Source: Acidimicrobiia bacterium (GTDB taxonomy: Bacteria > Actinomycetota > Acidimicrobiia > Spongiisociales > ZC4RG35). From it: 64,000 nucleotides of DNA. Where the stretch lies: the NCBI GenBank assembly GCA_050741975.1, contig JBOGET010000120.1, forward strand, positions 17,156-81,155, given 5' to 3'. The position numbers were made by a program, and so were the translations under genes. Each line of letters begins with the position of its first letter. Position 1 is the stretch's first letter. The notes under the pieces were generated by a model, which worked only from the letters and a program-made list of their open reading frames with translations, was not told where the DNA came from and did not search any database. Below are positions 8,727-18,082 of this stretch, piece by piece.

Positions 8727-9398
8727 ATGATGCCTCGCATGGCCGATCGGGACCCTGCCTTTCTCTGGGAGACCGAGGCGCTTCGCACCTCGGCGACGTC
8801 TCCGGGCGGCCCGCCACCCATCGCGCGATCGGCGCCGGCCGACTGGCTGACCTTGCGCCAGGCGAGCGCCGCCACCGGGATCCCGGTGTCGACCCTCCGC
8901 AACTGGGCCCGGAAGGGCAAAGTCGCCAGCTCGCTCGAGGAGACCCCCGCCGGGGCCCGTCGAATGGTCTCGCTGAAGGGGGTTGAGGACCGGGCCCGTC
9001 AGTTGGGACAGAATGTCGACGCGGTGGTCGAGACGATGGGTACGGAAATCCCCCCGACCTCGGTCCGGCAGGATCAGGTCTCACAACCCCCGGGGACGGT
9101 GCTGGTCCCCATCGATGCCTGGGACAAGATGCTGCTCCAACTGGGAAACCTGCACCAGGCCGGTCAACAATTGGCCGAGGCCAGGGAACGGGCTGCCCGG
9201 GCAGAGACCGAGGCCGACTTCCTCCGGGAGCGGTTGGCCGAGCTGAGATCCTCCAAACCCGGCTCCGACCCGGTCCACCCGACGGTGGAGGCGCCGCCTC
9301 CTATCGAGGAGGAGCCCGAGCCGGCCAAACCAACGAGGATGCCCAGCTTCACCGCCTATTTGTGGCGTCTTGCCGTGTCGGACAGGCGCCGGAAGTAG
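8727..9398 (+). CDS. Excisionase/MerR-superfamily helix-turn-helix DNA-binding protein with coiled-coil C-terminus
   Basis: WLTLRQASAATGIPVSTLRNWARKGKV is an excisionase-family HTH. C-terminal AEARERAARAETEADFLRERLAELR is helical. The track ORF starts at 8622; Met at 8727-8739 is more likely because it clears the rpiB start. Confidence 0.5.
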   Translation: MMPRMADRDPAFLWETEALRTSATSPGGPPPIARSAPADWLTLRQASAATGIPVSTLRNWARKGKVASSLEETPAGARRMVSLKGVEDRARQLGQNVDAVVETMGTEIPPTSVRQDQVSQPPGTVLVPIDAWDKMLLQLGNLHQAGQQLAEARERAARAETEADFLRERLAELRSSKPGSDPVHPTVEAPPPIEEEPEPAKPTRMPSFTAYLWRLAVSDRRRK

Positions 9399-9416
9399 AG
9401 GGAGCGAGCGTTTACA

Positions 9417-10106
9417 TCAAGGTCGCGCGGGAGATTCCTCGAAGATCCGCCCGTCGTTGAGGTGGAGCACGCGGTGGGCGTGGTCGGCCAGACCTGGGTC
9501 GTGCGTCGCCACCAGGGCGGCGAGACCGAGGCGGTCGACGAGCTCGCGGATCATCCTCATCAACTTCAGCCCGGTCTCCGAGTCGAGCTGGCCTGTCGGC
9601 TCGTCGGCAAGGAGGATCGACGGCTCGGTGACCAGTGCCCGCGCCAGCGCCACACGCTGCTGTTCTCCGCCCGAGAGCTCCTCCGGCCGATGGTCGGCCC
9701 GGGCGGTCAACCCGACCCGGCTCAGGACCTCGTCCACCAGCCTCGCCCTCTCCACGGGGTCGACCCTGCTCACCCGGAGCGGGAGCTCGACGTTCTCGGC
9801 GGCGGTGAGGATCGGGATCAATCCGCCCGACTGCACCACCAGCGAGACCTTGCTCCTTCGCAGCTCGGAGAGCTCACGCTCGCCGGCGGTGGAGAGATCG
9901 AGCCCATTCAGGCTGATCGAGCCCTCGTCGGGGCGGTCGATCCCGGCCAGCATCGACAAGAGGGTGGTCTTTCCCGCTCCCGACCGGCCCAGCAGGAGAA
10001 CCAGTTCGCCGGGGCGTAGGGCGAGATCGACCCCGTCGATGGCCCTGATCTCAGCGTCTCCCACCTGGAATCGGCGGTGCAGGTCGGTGGCCAGCAATAC
10101 CGTCAC
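9417..10106 (-). CDS. ABC transporter ATP-binding protein (MacB/FtsE-like)
   Basis: Walker A LLGRSGAGKTT, signature LSGGEQQRVALARAL, Walker B LLADEPTGQLD. The likely GTG start overlaps the upstream gene's stop (GTGA). Confidence 0.85.
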   Translation of the reverse strand: MTVLLATDLHRRFQVGDAEIRAIDGVDLALRPGELVLLLGRSGAGKTTLLSMLAGIDRPDEGSISLNGLDLSTAGERELSELRRSKVSLVVQSGGLIPILTAAENVELPLRVSRVDPVERARLVDEVLSRVGLTARADHRPEELSGGEQQRVALARALVTEPSILLADEPTGQLDSETGLKLMRMIRELVDRLGLAALVATHDPGLADHAHRVLHLNDGRIFEESPARP

Positions 10107-11023
10107 GAACCGATGCCTTTGAAGTCCGAAGGCCATACCCGCACGTGGTCCTCCTCCAACGTCAGCTTCACCCGTTTCGCCATCCCCAGCCGCTCCACAT
10201 ACTCGGCGGGCAGCTGGAGCCTCCCGGCGCGATCGAGAACAGCGAACTCCGAGGAGGGAACCCGGCCTTCCTCGTCACGGTGAATGATCTCGGTGGCAGT
10301 CCTCCCGTCGCGAATGGCAACGGTCCGGTCGACGTGCTCGGCTATGAGGGGGTCATGGCTGACCACGACCGCCGACATCCCTAGCTCCTCGTTGAGAGTC
10401 CGGAGCGTGCTGAGGACCTCGTGGCTGGTGGCGCTGTCGAGGTCACCGGTCGGCTCGTCGGCGAGGAGCACCTCGGGATCGTTGGCCAGCGCAACCGCCA
10501 GAGCCACCCGCTGCTGCTCTCCGGGGGAGAGCCGCCCCGGCCGGTGGTCGAGCCGGTGGGACATCCCCACCATCGCGAGCAGCTGGCGGCCTCTGCTCAT
10601 CCTGGCCCACTTGGGGAGACCGGCCAGCGCCGAAGGGAGGTCGACGTTCTCCAGCGCCGTCAGATAAGGAAGGAGATTGCGGGCGCTCTGCTGCCAGACG
10701 AACCCGACCGCTCGCCTCCGGTATTGGACCCGGCGTCGGCGCGACATGCGGAGCAGCTCGAAATCACCTACCCGGACCTTCCCCGCCGTCGGGGTGTCGA
10801 TGGCGCCCAGGATGTTGAGCAAAGTCGACTTCCCGCTTCCCGACGCGCCCACTACCGCCACCATCTCGCCGCGGTCCACCACCAGGTCGAGACCCTGGAG
10901 GGCGACCACCTCGAGCTTCGATGACGAGTAGATCTTGACGAGGTTGTCGCAGACGATGTGGGCGCCCTCGCCAAACCCGGGCGCATGTTGATGGTCGGGG
11001 ATCATCACTGGCTCGATCATCAT
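10103..11023 (-). CDS. ABC transporter ATP-binding protein with ~70-aa C-terminal extension
   Basis: VVGASGSGKSTLL, LSPGEQQRVALAVAL, LLADEPTGDLD. Extra C-terminal domain (...EFAVLDRAGRLQLPAEYVERLGMAKRVKLTLEEDHVRVWP). Confidence 0.85.
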   Translation of the reverse strand: MMIEPVMIPDHQHAPGFGEGAHIVCDNLVKIYSSSKLEVVALQGLDLVVDRGEMVAVVGASGSGKSTLLNILGAIDTPTAGKVRVGDFELLRMSRRRRVQYRRRAVGFVWQQSARNLLPYLTALENVDLPSALAGLPKWARMSRGRQLLAMVGMSHRLDHRPGRLSPGEQQRVALAVALANDPEVLLADEPTGDLDSATSHEVLSTLRTLNEELGMSAVVVSHDPLIAEHVDRTVAIRDGRTATEIIHRDEEGRVPSSEFAVLDRAGRLQLPAEYVERLGMAKRVKLTLEEDHVRVWPSDFKGIGS

Positions 11024-13680
11024 CGCACCTCGCTCCGAAGAGCCTCAACCGCATCGGCCGCGCCCAACCTCCTGCCGGCGACGACGGCGACGACCACTGC
11101 CACGATGACGAGGACCGCCGGCGCCACCAGGAGCCCAAGCGGGTCGACGGTCGGGCCCACCCTCCCCGGGGCCCCGGTGAGCCGGGCGAGGGCGGACGCC
11201 TCCACCCCGAGCCTCACCGCTACGATGCCGGCCAGGACTCCGGCGAGGGTGGCGGGAACCACCGGGACCACGAGCTCCAGCGTCACCAGCGCCGACATCG
11301 ACGGCCGCGGCACCCCGATGAGGTCGAGATGGGCCGCCTCGTTGGCCCGGCGCGACCCAGTGAGCAAGGCAACCAACAAGATGGTGGCGACACCAAAGAT
11401 GAGCGACACCACCGACACCGTCCGGAATCCTCCCGGGACCGCGGCCGAGAAGGGGGAGGCGCTCAGATCGGCGACGACGCCGCGCCGCACCGTCACCGAC
11501 GCCGTGGACTCGACGCCTTCTACCAACTCGGCGATCGCCACGTCCCCGTCGACCGGCGCATCGGGTGTGAGGTCGAGATAGAGGCGGTCGAGGCGCTGCT
11601 CGATCAGCGGCGCGGCTCTGATCGCCTCATCGAGGAAGGTGACGACAAACGGCGCCTGGACCGACGGGAACTCGTCTACTACCCCCTCCACCTCGACCAT
11701 GACCCTTTGGCCGCCAAGGATGAGGGCAATGACGTCGCCCGGCTCACCCACCCCCGGAGAGACCAGGGCGGACAGCCGGGCCCCACGTGAAGGCAACGGA
11801 ACCGGGATCGGCGAACCAGAGCCGATCCTCGACAGGGCGTCGAGGTCGGCGGCGAGAAACCCGACATCTCGGGCCTGTCCCAGGACCTTGACGTTCTCCG
11901 CGTAGGCGAGGGTGGTCTCGCCGACCTCAGCCATCGACTCGAGACCCGCCTCCTCCACGATGGTGGCCACCGCGTCCGACTCGATCATCAGGTCGGCGCC
12001 CACGGTGCGCCACCCCGTGCGCTCTTGCTCGGTGCGAAGTGTGGTCTCGAACACGAAGGCGTAGGTGGCGGTGGTGACGACCAGGACCACGACCACCGGC
12101 AGCGCCAGACCCTGCCGGTCCCGGCTGAACCGCCGGAGCACCAACGCCGCCACCAGCCCACGTCCACGACGGGCGGCGGCGGCCAGGGAAGGGGCCACGA
12201 GCGAGTAGAGCCGTACCAGCACCAAGGCCGCGGCCAGTGCGAGAAGCGGCGGGGCGAGGGCGAGCAAGAGGTCGAACCGCCCGAGCGGCTCCGCCCGTCG
12301 CCGAGCGAGGAGGATGGCGACCACCACGGCGAGGGCCACCACACCCACCTCGACGGCCGCCCTACCCACCCTCTCCAAACGTCCCGTCGCCCGGGGAGCG
12401 TCCCACCACACTGTCACAATCGCCACGATGAGCGTCACGAGGAAGGCGATTGCCCCTGCCTGCCACGCCGACAACCCGTCGAGAGCAGTCAGACGGTCTG
12501 CCACGATGGCGGCCAGCGTCCCTGCCAGGGCCGAGAGTGCCAAGGTCGCCGCGGTCGACGTCGTGATCTGGAGCCCGTTCGCTCCCCGGTCCCGCGCCAG
12601 TTCGGTGGTGTGCCGCCTTCTCTCGGCCAGGAACCGTGCAAGCACGAGGATGGCGGCGAGTGCTGCCAGAGCCGCCGAGATGCCGGCCACCAAGAGGAAG
12701 CTCCGAGTCGCCTCGAGGTCCGCCTCCGCCCGTGTGAAGATGTTGGGGAGCCCGCTCTGGATGAGAAGGCCGTCCCCGGCGGGATGGCTCAGCTCGGAGA
12801 GCCTGGCGAAGCCGAGCGAGAGGGCGTCCCGCCCGGCGGGGTCGTAACGCCCCGGATCGACCAGGAACCGCCAGGTGACCCTGGGTTCGATGACGCCCAA
12901 CCCGACCGCTTCGACGGCAGCCAGCGAACCGTCGTCCACGAGTGCGGTGACGTCGACCAACTTGTTGAGGTTCGCATCGAACGACACCGCCGGGTCGAGA
13001 AGAGCGATATCCCCGCCCCAGAACCTCTCGTCGCGGTCGACGCCCTCGAACAGGCCGGTCACCACGACCTCGAAGGGCATCGCCCGTCGACCAGCGAGGA
13101 ACAGCCTGCGACCATCGCCGGTCAGCCTCACCTCGACCACATCGCCGACGCCAACCTCCGTCGCCGAGGCGGAGGCCGAGCTCAGCGCCACCTCCAAGGG
13201 CTCGGTGCCGACCTTGGGCCTCGGCCAGGAGCCCTCGACGAGGGCGAGGTGGTCCCGTGCGGTTGGCTGAACACGGAAGTTGAAGGTCCGCAGGAGCTCC
13301 CCGGTGGGGGTGGTCGGGCTCGTCATTCCCACTTGCGGAGCCTCCATTTCCACCCGTCGATCGGCGACGAGGGCGGCGACCTGGGGATGGAGCTCCTCAT
13401 CGAGGATCCGCCCGCCCTCGCCGGTGAGGGCACTCAACGACGCCACCGAGGTGAACTGCGTGGCGGTGATGTGACGCGTCAGCGGCGAGGACTGCGACAC
13501 CAGGTAGGGGAACTGGGCCGCCTCGACCGATTGGTAATCGGCACTGAGTGCCGCGGCGGCGTGGGTGAGGGACCCCACCAACACCATGACGGCGAGGCTC
13601 ACCGGGCCGTCCCACCGGGCAAGCAGGGTCACGGGGCGAAGCAGCGACCAGCCCCCCCGACCGACCGGCTCGCTCACCAT
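11020..13680 (-). CDS. ABC transporter permease, double FtsX-domain type (TM-ECD-3TM-TM-ECD-3TM)
   Basis: Two large extracytoplasmic domains, each followed by an FtsX-like TM cluster. The track ORF is extended to 14229; Met at about 13680 abuts the upstream gene's stop. Confidence 0.75.
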   Translation of the reverse strand: MVSEPVGRGGWSLLRPVTLLARWDGPVSLAVMVLVGSLTHAAAALSADYQSVEAAQFPYLVSQSSPLTRHITATQFTSVASLSALTGEGGRILDEELHPQVAALVADRRVEMEAPQVGMTSPTTPTGELLRTFNFRVQPTARDHLALVEGSWPRPKVGTEPLEVALSSASASATEVGVGDVVEVRLTGDGRRLFLAGRRAMPFEVVVTGLFEGVDRDERFWGGDIALLDPAVSFDANLNKLVDVTALVDDGSLAAVEAVGLGVIEPRVTWRFLVDPGRYDPAGRDALSLGFARLSELSHPAGDGLLIQSGLPNIFTRAEADLEATRSFLLVAGISAALAALAAILVLARFLAERRRHTTELARDRGANGLQITTSTAATLALSALAGTLAAIVADRLTALDGLSAWQAGAIAFLVTLIVAIVTVWWDAPRATGRLERVGRAAVEVGVVALAVVVAILLARRRAEPLGRFDLLLALAPPLLALAAALVLVRLYSLVAPSLAAAARRGRGLVAALVLRRFSRDRQGLALPVVVVLVVTTATYAFVFETTLRTEQERTGWRTVGADLMIESDAVATIVEEAGLESMAEVGETTLAYAENVKVLGQARDVGFLAADLDALSRIGSGSPIPVPLPSRGARLSALVSPGVGEPGDVIALILGGQRVMVEVEGVVDEFPSVQAPFVVTFLDEAIRAAPLIEQRLDRLYLDLTPDAPVDGDVAIAELVEGVESTASVTVRRGVVADLSASPFSAAVPGGFRTVSVVSLIFGVATILLVALLTGSRRANEAAHLDLIGVPRPSMSALVTLELVVPVVPATLAGVLAGIVAVRLGVEASALARLTGAPGRVGPTVDPLGLLVAPAVLVIVAVVVAVVAGRRLGAADAVEALRSEVR

Positions 13681-16600
13681 TGCTCCACTCCACGTCGGGC
13701 CGGCGCCGCCCTCATCGTGCGGGCCCGTCCTACCACCGCCAGGAGCATGACCACCAGCACCAGCCCGATCCCGGCAACCACGAGGAGCGCCCGAATCGCC
13801 GGAAGCTCCACGGTGGCGGCAGGCACCGGTTGGCGCCCATCGGACCCGAGCGTCACCGATCCGAGCAGGAGGTAGGAGAGGAGGACCCCCAGCCCCCCAC
13901 CGGCGAGCCCTGAAAAGAGGAGCAAGGCGCCATGCTCGACCGCCAGAGCGGTCGACAGTTGGCGCGAGCTCATCCCGGCCATGATCATGACGATCATCTC
14001 GGAGCGCCGCTCCTCGAGGGCGGAGGCCAGCGCCGTCGCCATGATCACCGCAGCCAGCAAGGCAGCCAGGGCTGCACCGAGATACGACGCCGCCAGAAGG
14101 CCCAGCGGCAGCGGGTCGCCCAAGAGCTCGGCGAGCCGCCCGGCGCGGGTGGTCACCTCGGCGGCGCCGGCCGCCAGCAGCGCCGACCGAGCCGCCGCAG
14201 GGTCGCCTCGATCCAAAGAAGCCCACCACTCGTCAGGGCCGCCCACTCTTCCCGACGCGGCGAACTCCAGCGTCGCAAGAGCAGCGCGGTCCATGACGAT
14301 GATCCCGTCGTCGGGGTCGCCCGTGGGAAAGAGCTCGACCACGCCCACTACCTCGAACTCACGGCGCAGGCCGGCGAAGACGAGCTGGAAATGATCCCCG
14401 TCGCCGACGACCGACGCCGAGGCAAAGGTCTCGTTGACGATCACCGCGATTGGCGCGTCGACCGGAGGGGTGGACGCCAGGTACCTGGTCACGGTGTTGA
14501 CACCGTCCGATTCTCCCGGCAGCGCAACCCAATCGAGGGTCAAGGAGACGGTTCCGGAGTCCGACTCGACGATCACCGCTTCCGGACGCGCATCGGGCGC
14601 ATCCACCACCACCCCGATCACCGTCAGCGGCGTCGAGGCCTCATCGAGGGCTCCTGCGCCCTCCAACCATTCTCTCGGGGCCAGGGCGGGACCTGCCGCG
14701 CCGGAAAGCACATGGAGCACGCCTTGGAAGTCGCGGACCACGAGCTCGACCCGGGCCGGTCGGTCGGTGACGACGGCGACTCGTCGGGGAGCTCCCAGCT
14801 CCACTCCGAGACCGGCCCAGGCCCCTCCCAACTCGTCGGCGCGCAGAATGCCACCAAGGGGACGTCCTCGTACCAGGCCGATGTCCGCCACCCCGGGCCC
14901 CACACCGAGCACGACGCCACCGTCGGTGGCCGAGGCCAGCGACAGGGCCCTCCGGGTGACTGGGACGACCGAACTCACACCTGGCGCCGCTGCGAAGCCG
15001 GTGCCTTCGCCGAAGGGCGCCGGGTCGGTCTCCAGAGCCCTCTCCGGGATGATCAAGGCGTCGGACCCGACCTGGTGCGAGGCGCGATCGGCCTGCGAGT
15101 TGGTCCAGGTGGCGTCAAATGCAAGGGCGAAGACCAGCATCGCCACCGCCAGCACGGTGAGGATCGATGAGTGGGTATGACGCCCAGCACGCGAGCCGAA
15201 GTTCCTCATCCCCAACCACAGCGGGACGGCCTCGGTACCTGAGGTCAGCCTGGCTGTTCCGGCGCTGGCCGCCGGAACGAGACGGGCCGCGACCGAAGGG
15301 GCCAGGAGCAACGCCACCGCCGGAACCGCGAGGAGGGCGGGATCGCCGCCGCTCGCCAGCCGGGGCGGGTTGAAGAGCAGGACCGCCATCGCCACCACAG
15401 CGATCCCAGCCAGAACCAAGTCGATCCGGGTGCGGCGGAGGAGGTCGGGGGCGGGTGACCCGATGCGTGAGGCCATGAGAGCCACCAGCGCCACGGCCAC
15501 GGCGATGGCGCCACCGGCGAAGACGTAGGCGGTGGCGTCGAGTCCCGCTTCGAGGATCAGTCCGGCCTCCACGAAGGTGGGCAGCCTTCCCAGGGCGTCG
15601 ACTGCCCAGGATGCCAACCACGGTCCGGCGACCACTGCCGGGATCCCGAGGAGAGTCGCCTGCAAGGCTCCCGCGATCATCATCTGCCGGCGTGTGCCGC
15701 CCCGCAGCTCGATCGTTTGGTAGTGGCGGCGCAGCGACGCCATCAACGACGCGGCTGCCGACCACATGGCAAAGCCGGCCATCAACGAAAGCTGCACGGA
15801 GGTGGCGTTGATCCCGGCGGAGGAGACCTCCACCTTCCTCCGCAGGTCTGCTTCGAGAGTCGGGAAGTCGGATTCGACGCCGACCTCGAGCGCCGCCAGA
15901 CGCTCGTCGACAGACCGCATGCCGTCGGAGACCCGCCCCAGGTCATCCGAGGTGATCGATCCGAAATCGGGAAAGACCCGCCATTCCTGACGGGCCCCAT
16001 AGCCCTCCACCACGTCGTCGAAGCTCCGGCCTGAGACGACCAGAGGCCCGGTGACGACGAACTCCGCCGTGACCCGGCGCCCGGCCGTCTCCAGGAGCTC
16101 GCCCCACCAGAACGGGTCCTGGGCGTCGACAACCCGGAAGATCCCCGCCACCGACACGGTCAGTCGGTCATGGGAGCCACCGGAGACCTCGATTCCGACA
16201 CTGTCTCCCACAACAAGACCGAGGGCGGCGGCGGCCTGCTCGGAGAGCGCAACCGGAAGCGTTTCTCCCGGTCCGACGTCTCCCGGCCAGGTCCCTTCCA
16301 CCAGCTCGGCGTGCCCCTCGATTCCCTCATGGGCGACGATGACGGTGGTGTCATAGGGCGTGGGATCGTCTTGCCAGGTGAAGGGCGCAGACTGCCGGAT
16401 CTCCGACACGGTCGCACCGGGGAGCCCATCGGAGACGACCCCGGTCACCGCGGCCGACAACTCATCCATGGAGGCAGCCCGGACCGGCGCCGAGCCCCGC
16501 AGGCCGACCGCCTCCACCGGCGCCGCCGCCAGCGCGGCGCGGAGCCCGGCGTCGCCAACAGCAGAGGAGAGGATCGGGCCTACCGACACCGAGACCGCAG

Positions 16601-16691
16601 CGACGAGGAGGATGAGGGCGGCAGAAGCCGACGCCACCGGGCGGGCGCCGATCGCCCTCAGGCTTCGCCCCAGGCTCCCAGAGCCGCTCAC
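13674..16691 (-). CDS. ABC transporter permease, double FtsX-domain type (paralog)
   Basis: 1005 aa with the same architecture as its neighbour: N-terminal TM, large ECD, FtsX TM clusters. Confidence 0.75.
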   Translation of the reverse strand: MSGSGSLGRSLRAIGARPVASASAALILLVAAVSVSVGPILSSAVGDAGLRAALAAAPVEAVGLRGSAPVRAASMDELSAAVTGVVSDGLPGATVSEIRQSAPFTWQDDPTPYDTTVIVAHEGIEGHAELVEGTWPGDVGPGETLPVALSEQAAAALGLVVGDSVGIEVSGGSHDRLTVSVAGIFRVVDAQDPFWWGELLETAGRRVTAEFVVTGPLVVSGRSFDDVVEGYGARQEWRVFPDFGSITSDDLGRVSDGMRSVDERLAALEVGVESDFPTLEADLRRKVEVSSAGINATSVQLSLMAGFAMWSAAASLMASLRRHYQTIELRGGTRRQMMIAGALQATLLGIPAVVAGPWLASWAVDALGRLPTFVEAGLILEAGLDATAYVFAGGAIAVAVALVALMASRIGSPAPDLLRRTRIDLVLAGIAVVAMAVLLFNPPRLASGGDPALLAVPAVALLLAPSVAARLVPAASAGTARLTSGTEAVPLWLGMRNFGSRAGRHTHSSILTVLAVAMLVFALAFDATWTNSQADRASHQVGSDALIIPERALETDPAPFGEGTGFAAAPGVSSVVPVTRRALSLASATDGGVVLGVGPGVADIGLVRGRPLGGILRADELGGAWAGLGVELGAPRRVAVVTDRPARVELVVRDFQGVLHVLSGAAGPALAPREWLEGAGALDEASTPLTVIGVVVDAPDARPEAVIVESDSGTVSLTLDWVALPGESDGVNTVTRYLASTPPVDAPIAVIVNETFASASVVGDGDHFQLVFAGLRREFEVVGVVELFPTGDPDDGIIVMDRAALATLEFAASGRVGGPDEWWASLDRGDPAAARSALLAAGAAEVTTRAGRLAELLGDPLPLGLLAASYLGAALAALLAAVIMATALASALEERRSEMIVMIMAGMSSRQLSTALAVEHGALLLFSGLAGGGLGVLLSYLLLGSVTLGSDGRQPVPAATVELPAIRALLVVAGIGLVLVVMLLAVVGRARTMRAAPARRGVEQW

Positions 16692-16792
16692 CTTGCCGGA
16701 ACGGGGGGGAGCCGCAGCATCACGGCATGATATGAGCGGATCAACGTCTGGAAATCAGGCCGAGCGAGCCTGGTCGCCGGCCGGCTCCGGGT

Positions 16793-17878
16793 TCAGGCGG
16801 TTGGCCCGGAGATGAGCCTGTAGCTGATGTCCTGGTCGAGGTTCATGTCCATCACGAAGCCGACCATCTCACCGGTCTGCTCGTCGGGGATGCTCATGTC
16901 CATCGAGATGTTGGCGCCCGAGGTGGTCTCCGACTGCCGAGCGACCCCGGCCTCGGCGTCGAACCAGGTTCTGCTGTCGGCGGTGGTGCCGTCGACGCTG
17001 ATCAGGAAATGGAGCTGGTCCAGTATCGCCTCGAGCTCGGCCGTCTCCTCCGGCGTGGCCTCCTCGGTGGCGAAACCCTCGAACATCCCGGCGAAGAACT
17101 CGGCCAGGTCGACCTCGATGAGTGAGGTGCTCGAGTTGCTCTCGATGACGAGGACTTCGGTCCCGTCCAGCTCTTCGACACCGGTGACCGTGGTGGTGAT
17201 GCTGGTCACGATGGGCTCCCCGCCGAAACCGGGGGTCTCCACCTCATCGCTCCAGGCGTCGCCCACGGTGACCTCTTGGTCGGAGAAGGGAGGGCCGATG
17301 AACTTGCCGGGGTCGAGGCCGGGAGCGGAGCTGTCGCCCCCGAGTGCGCCCAAGTCTCCGAACATGCCCGCCAGCGGGTCCTCGGCGCCCGTCGCCCCAT
17401 CCTGGATGAGATTTCCCTGCTCGTCCACGACGACCGTGACATCGATCGGATCGAGAGTCGCGAAATCGGGTGCCACATCGGAGTCGACGGGTTGGCCGTC
17501 GATGGTCCCCGTCACGCTGACATCTGTGAACTCCCCGGTGATGTGGACCTCATAGGTGTCGGGCTGGGGACCATCGGAGACGACGTGGGTGAATGTGGCC
17601 GTCCCTGCCAGGTCCAACGCTGCCTCACCGGGCACTTCTTCGCCGCCCATGAGCGAGGGGTCGCCGGAGGCGGTCATCTCGATGTGCTGGTCGAGACCCA
17701 CTTCGTACTCGAACTCATCCCCGGCGGCGAGGGAGTAGCTGAGCAACACGGCCTCCACGGCCGGCGCCGTTGTCGTGGACTCGGGCTCGGGGGCTGTGGT
17801 GGTCGAGTTCCCGGAGGCCCCGCCACAGGCGGCAACCCCGAGAGCCAGCGCTGCGATGAGGATGAGACGACGCTTCAT
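16793..17878 (-). CDS. Acidic lipoprotein, first gene of the FtsX-ABC cluster
   Basis: MKRRLILIAALALGVAACGG is a lipoprotein signal with lipobox, followed by a Thr-rich linker and a highly acidic mature domain. Confidence 0.55.
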   Translation of the reverse strand: MKRRLILIAALALGVAACGGASGNSTTTAPEPESTTTAPAVEAVLLSYSLAAGDEFEYEVGLDQHIEMTASGDPSLMGGEEVPGEAALDLAGTATFTHVVSDGPQPDTYEVHITGEFTDVSVTGTIDGQPVDSDVAPDFATLDPIDVTVVVDEQGNLIQDGATGAEDPLAGMFGDLGALGGDSSAPGLDPGKFIGPPFSDQEVTVGDAWSDEVETPGFGGEPIVTSITTTVTGVEELDGTEVLVIESNSSTSLIEVDLAEFFAGMFEGFATEEATPEETAELEAILDQLHFLISVDGTTADSRTWFDAEAGVARQSETTSGANISMDMSIPDEQTGEMVGFVMDMNLDQDISYRLISGPTA

Positions 17879-17940
17879 ATCGACAGGTTATCGGTATCGG
17901 GGGCCTTTCCTTTGAGCCCATCCTTGCCCTGCGACGACGA

Positions 17941-18066
17941 ACCTCAGCTTGCACGGCCCGGATATGGCACAAACTCTCTCAGGTTCAGAAGGAGGCGGCA
18001 CCCCTCACGAACTCGAGACGGTTTGTGCCACATATGAAACGCAGAAGCTCAGCTTCGACGTCGCGT
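17941..18066. repeat. MITE/REP-like inverted-repeat element, copy A
   Basis: GAACCTCAGCTTGCACGGCCCGGATATGG...CAGGTTCAG ... GAGACGGTTTGTGCCACATATG...AAGCTCAGCTTCG. About 75-80% identical to the element at 51601..51720. Intergenic between the divergent lipoprotein and metG genes. Confidence 0.4.
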
Positions 18067-18082
18067 TTACCCTCCGGAGCCT

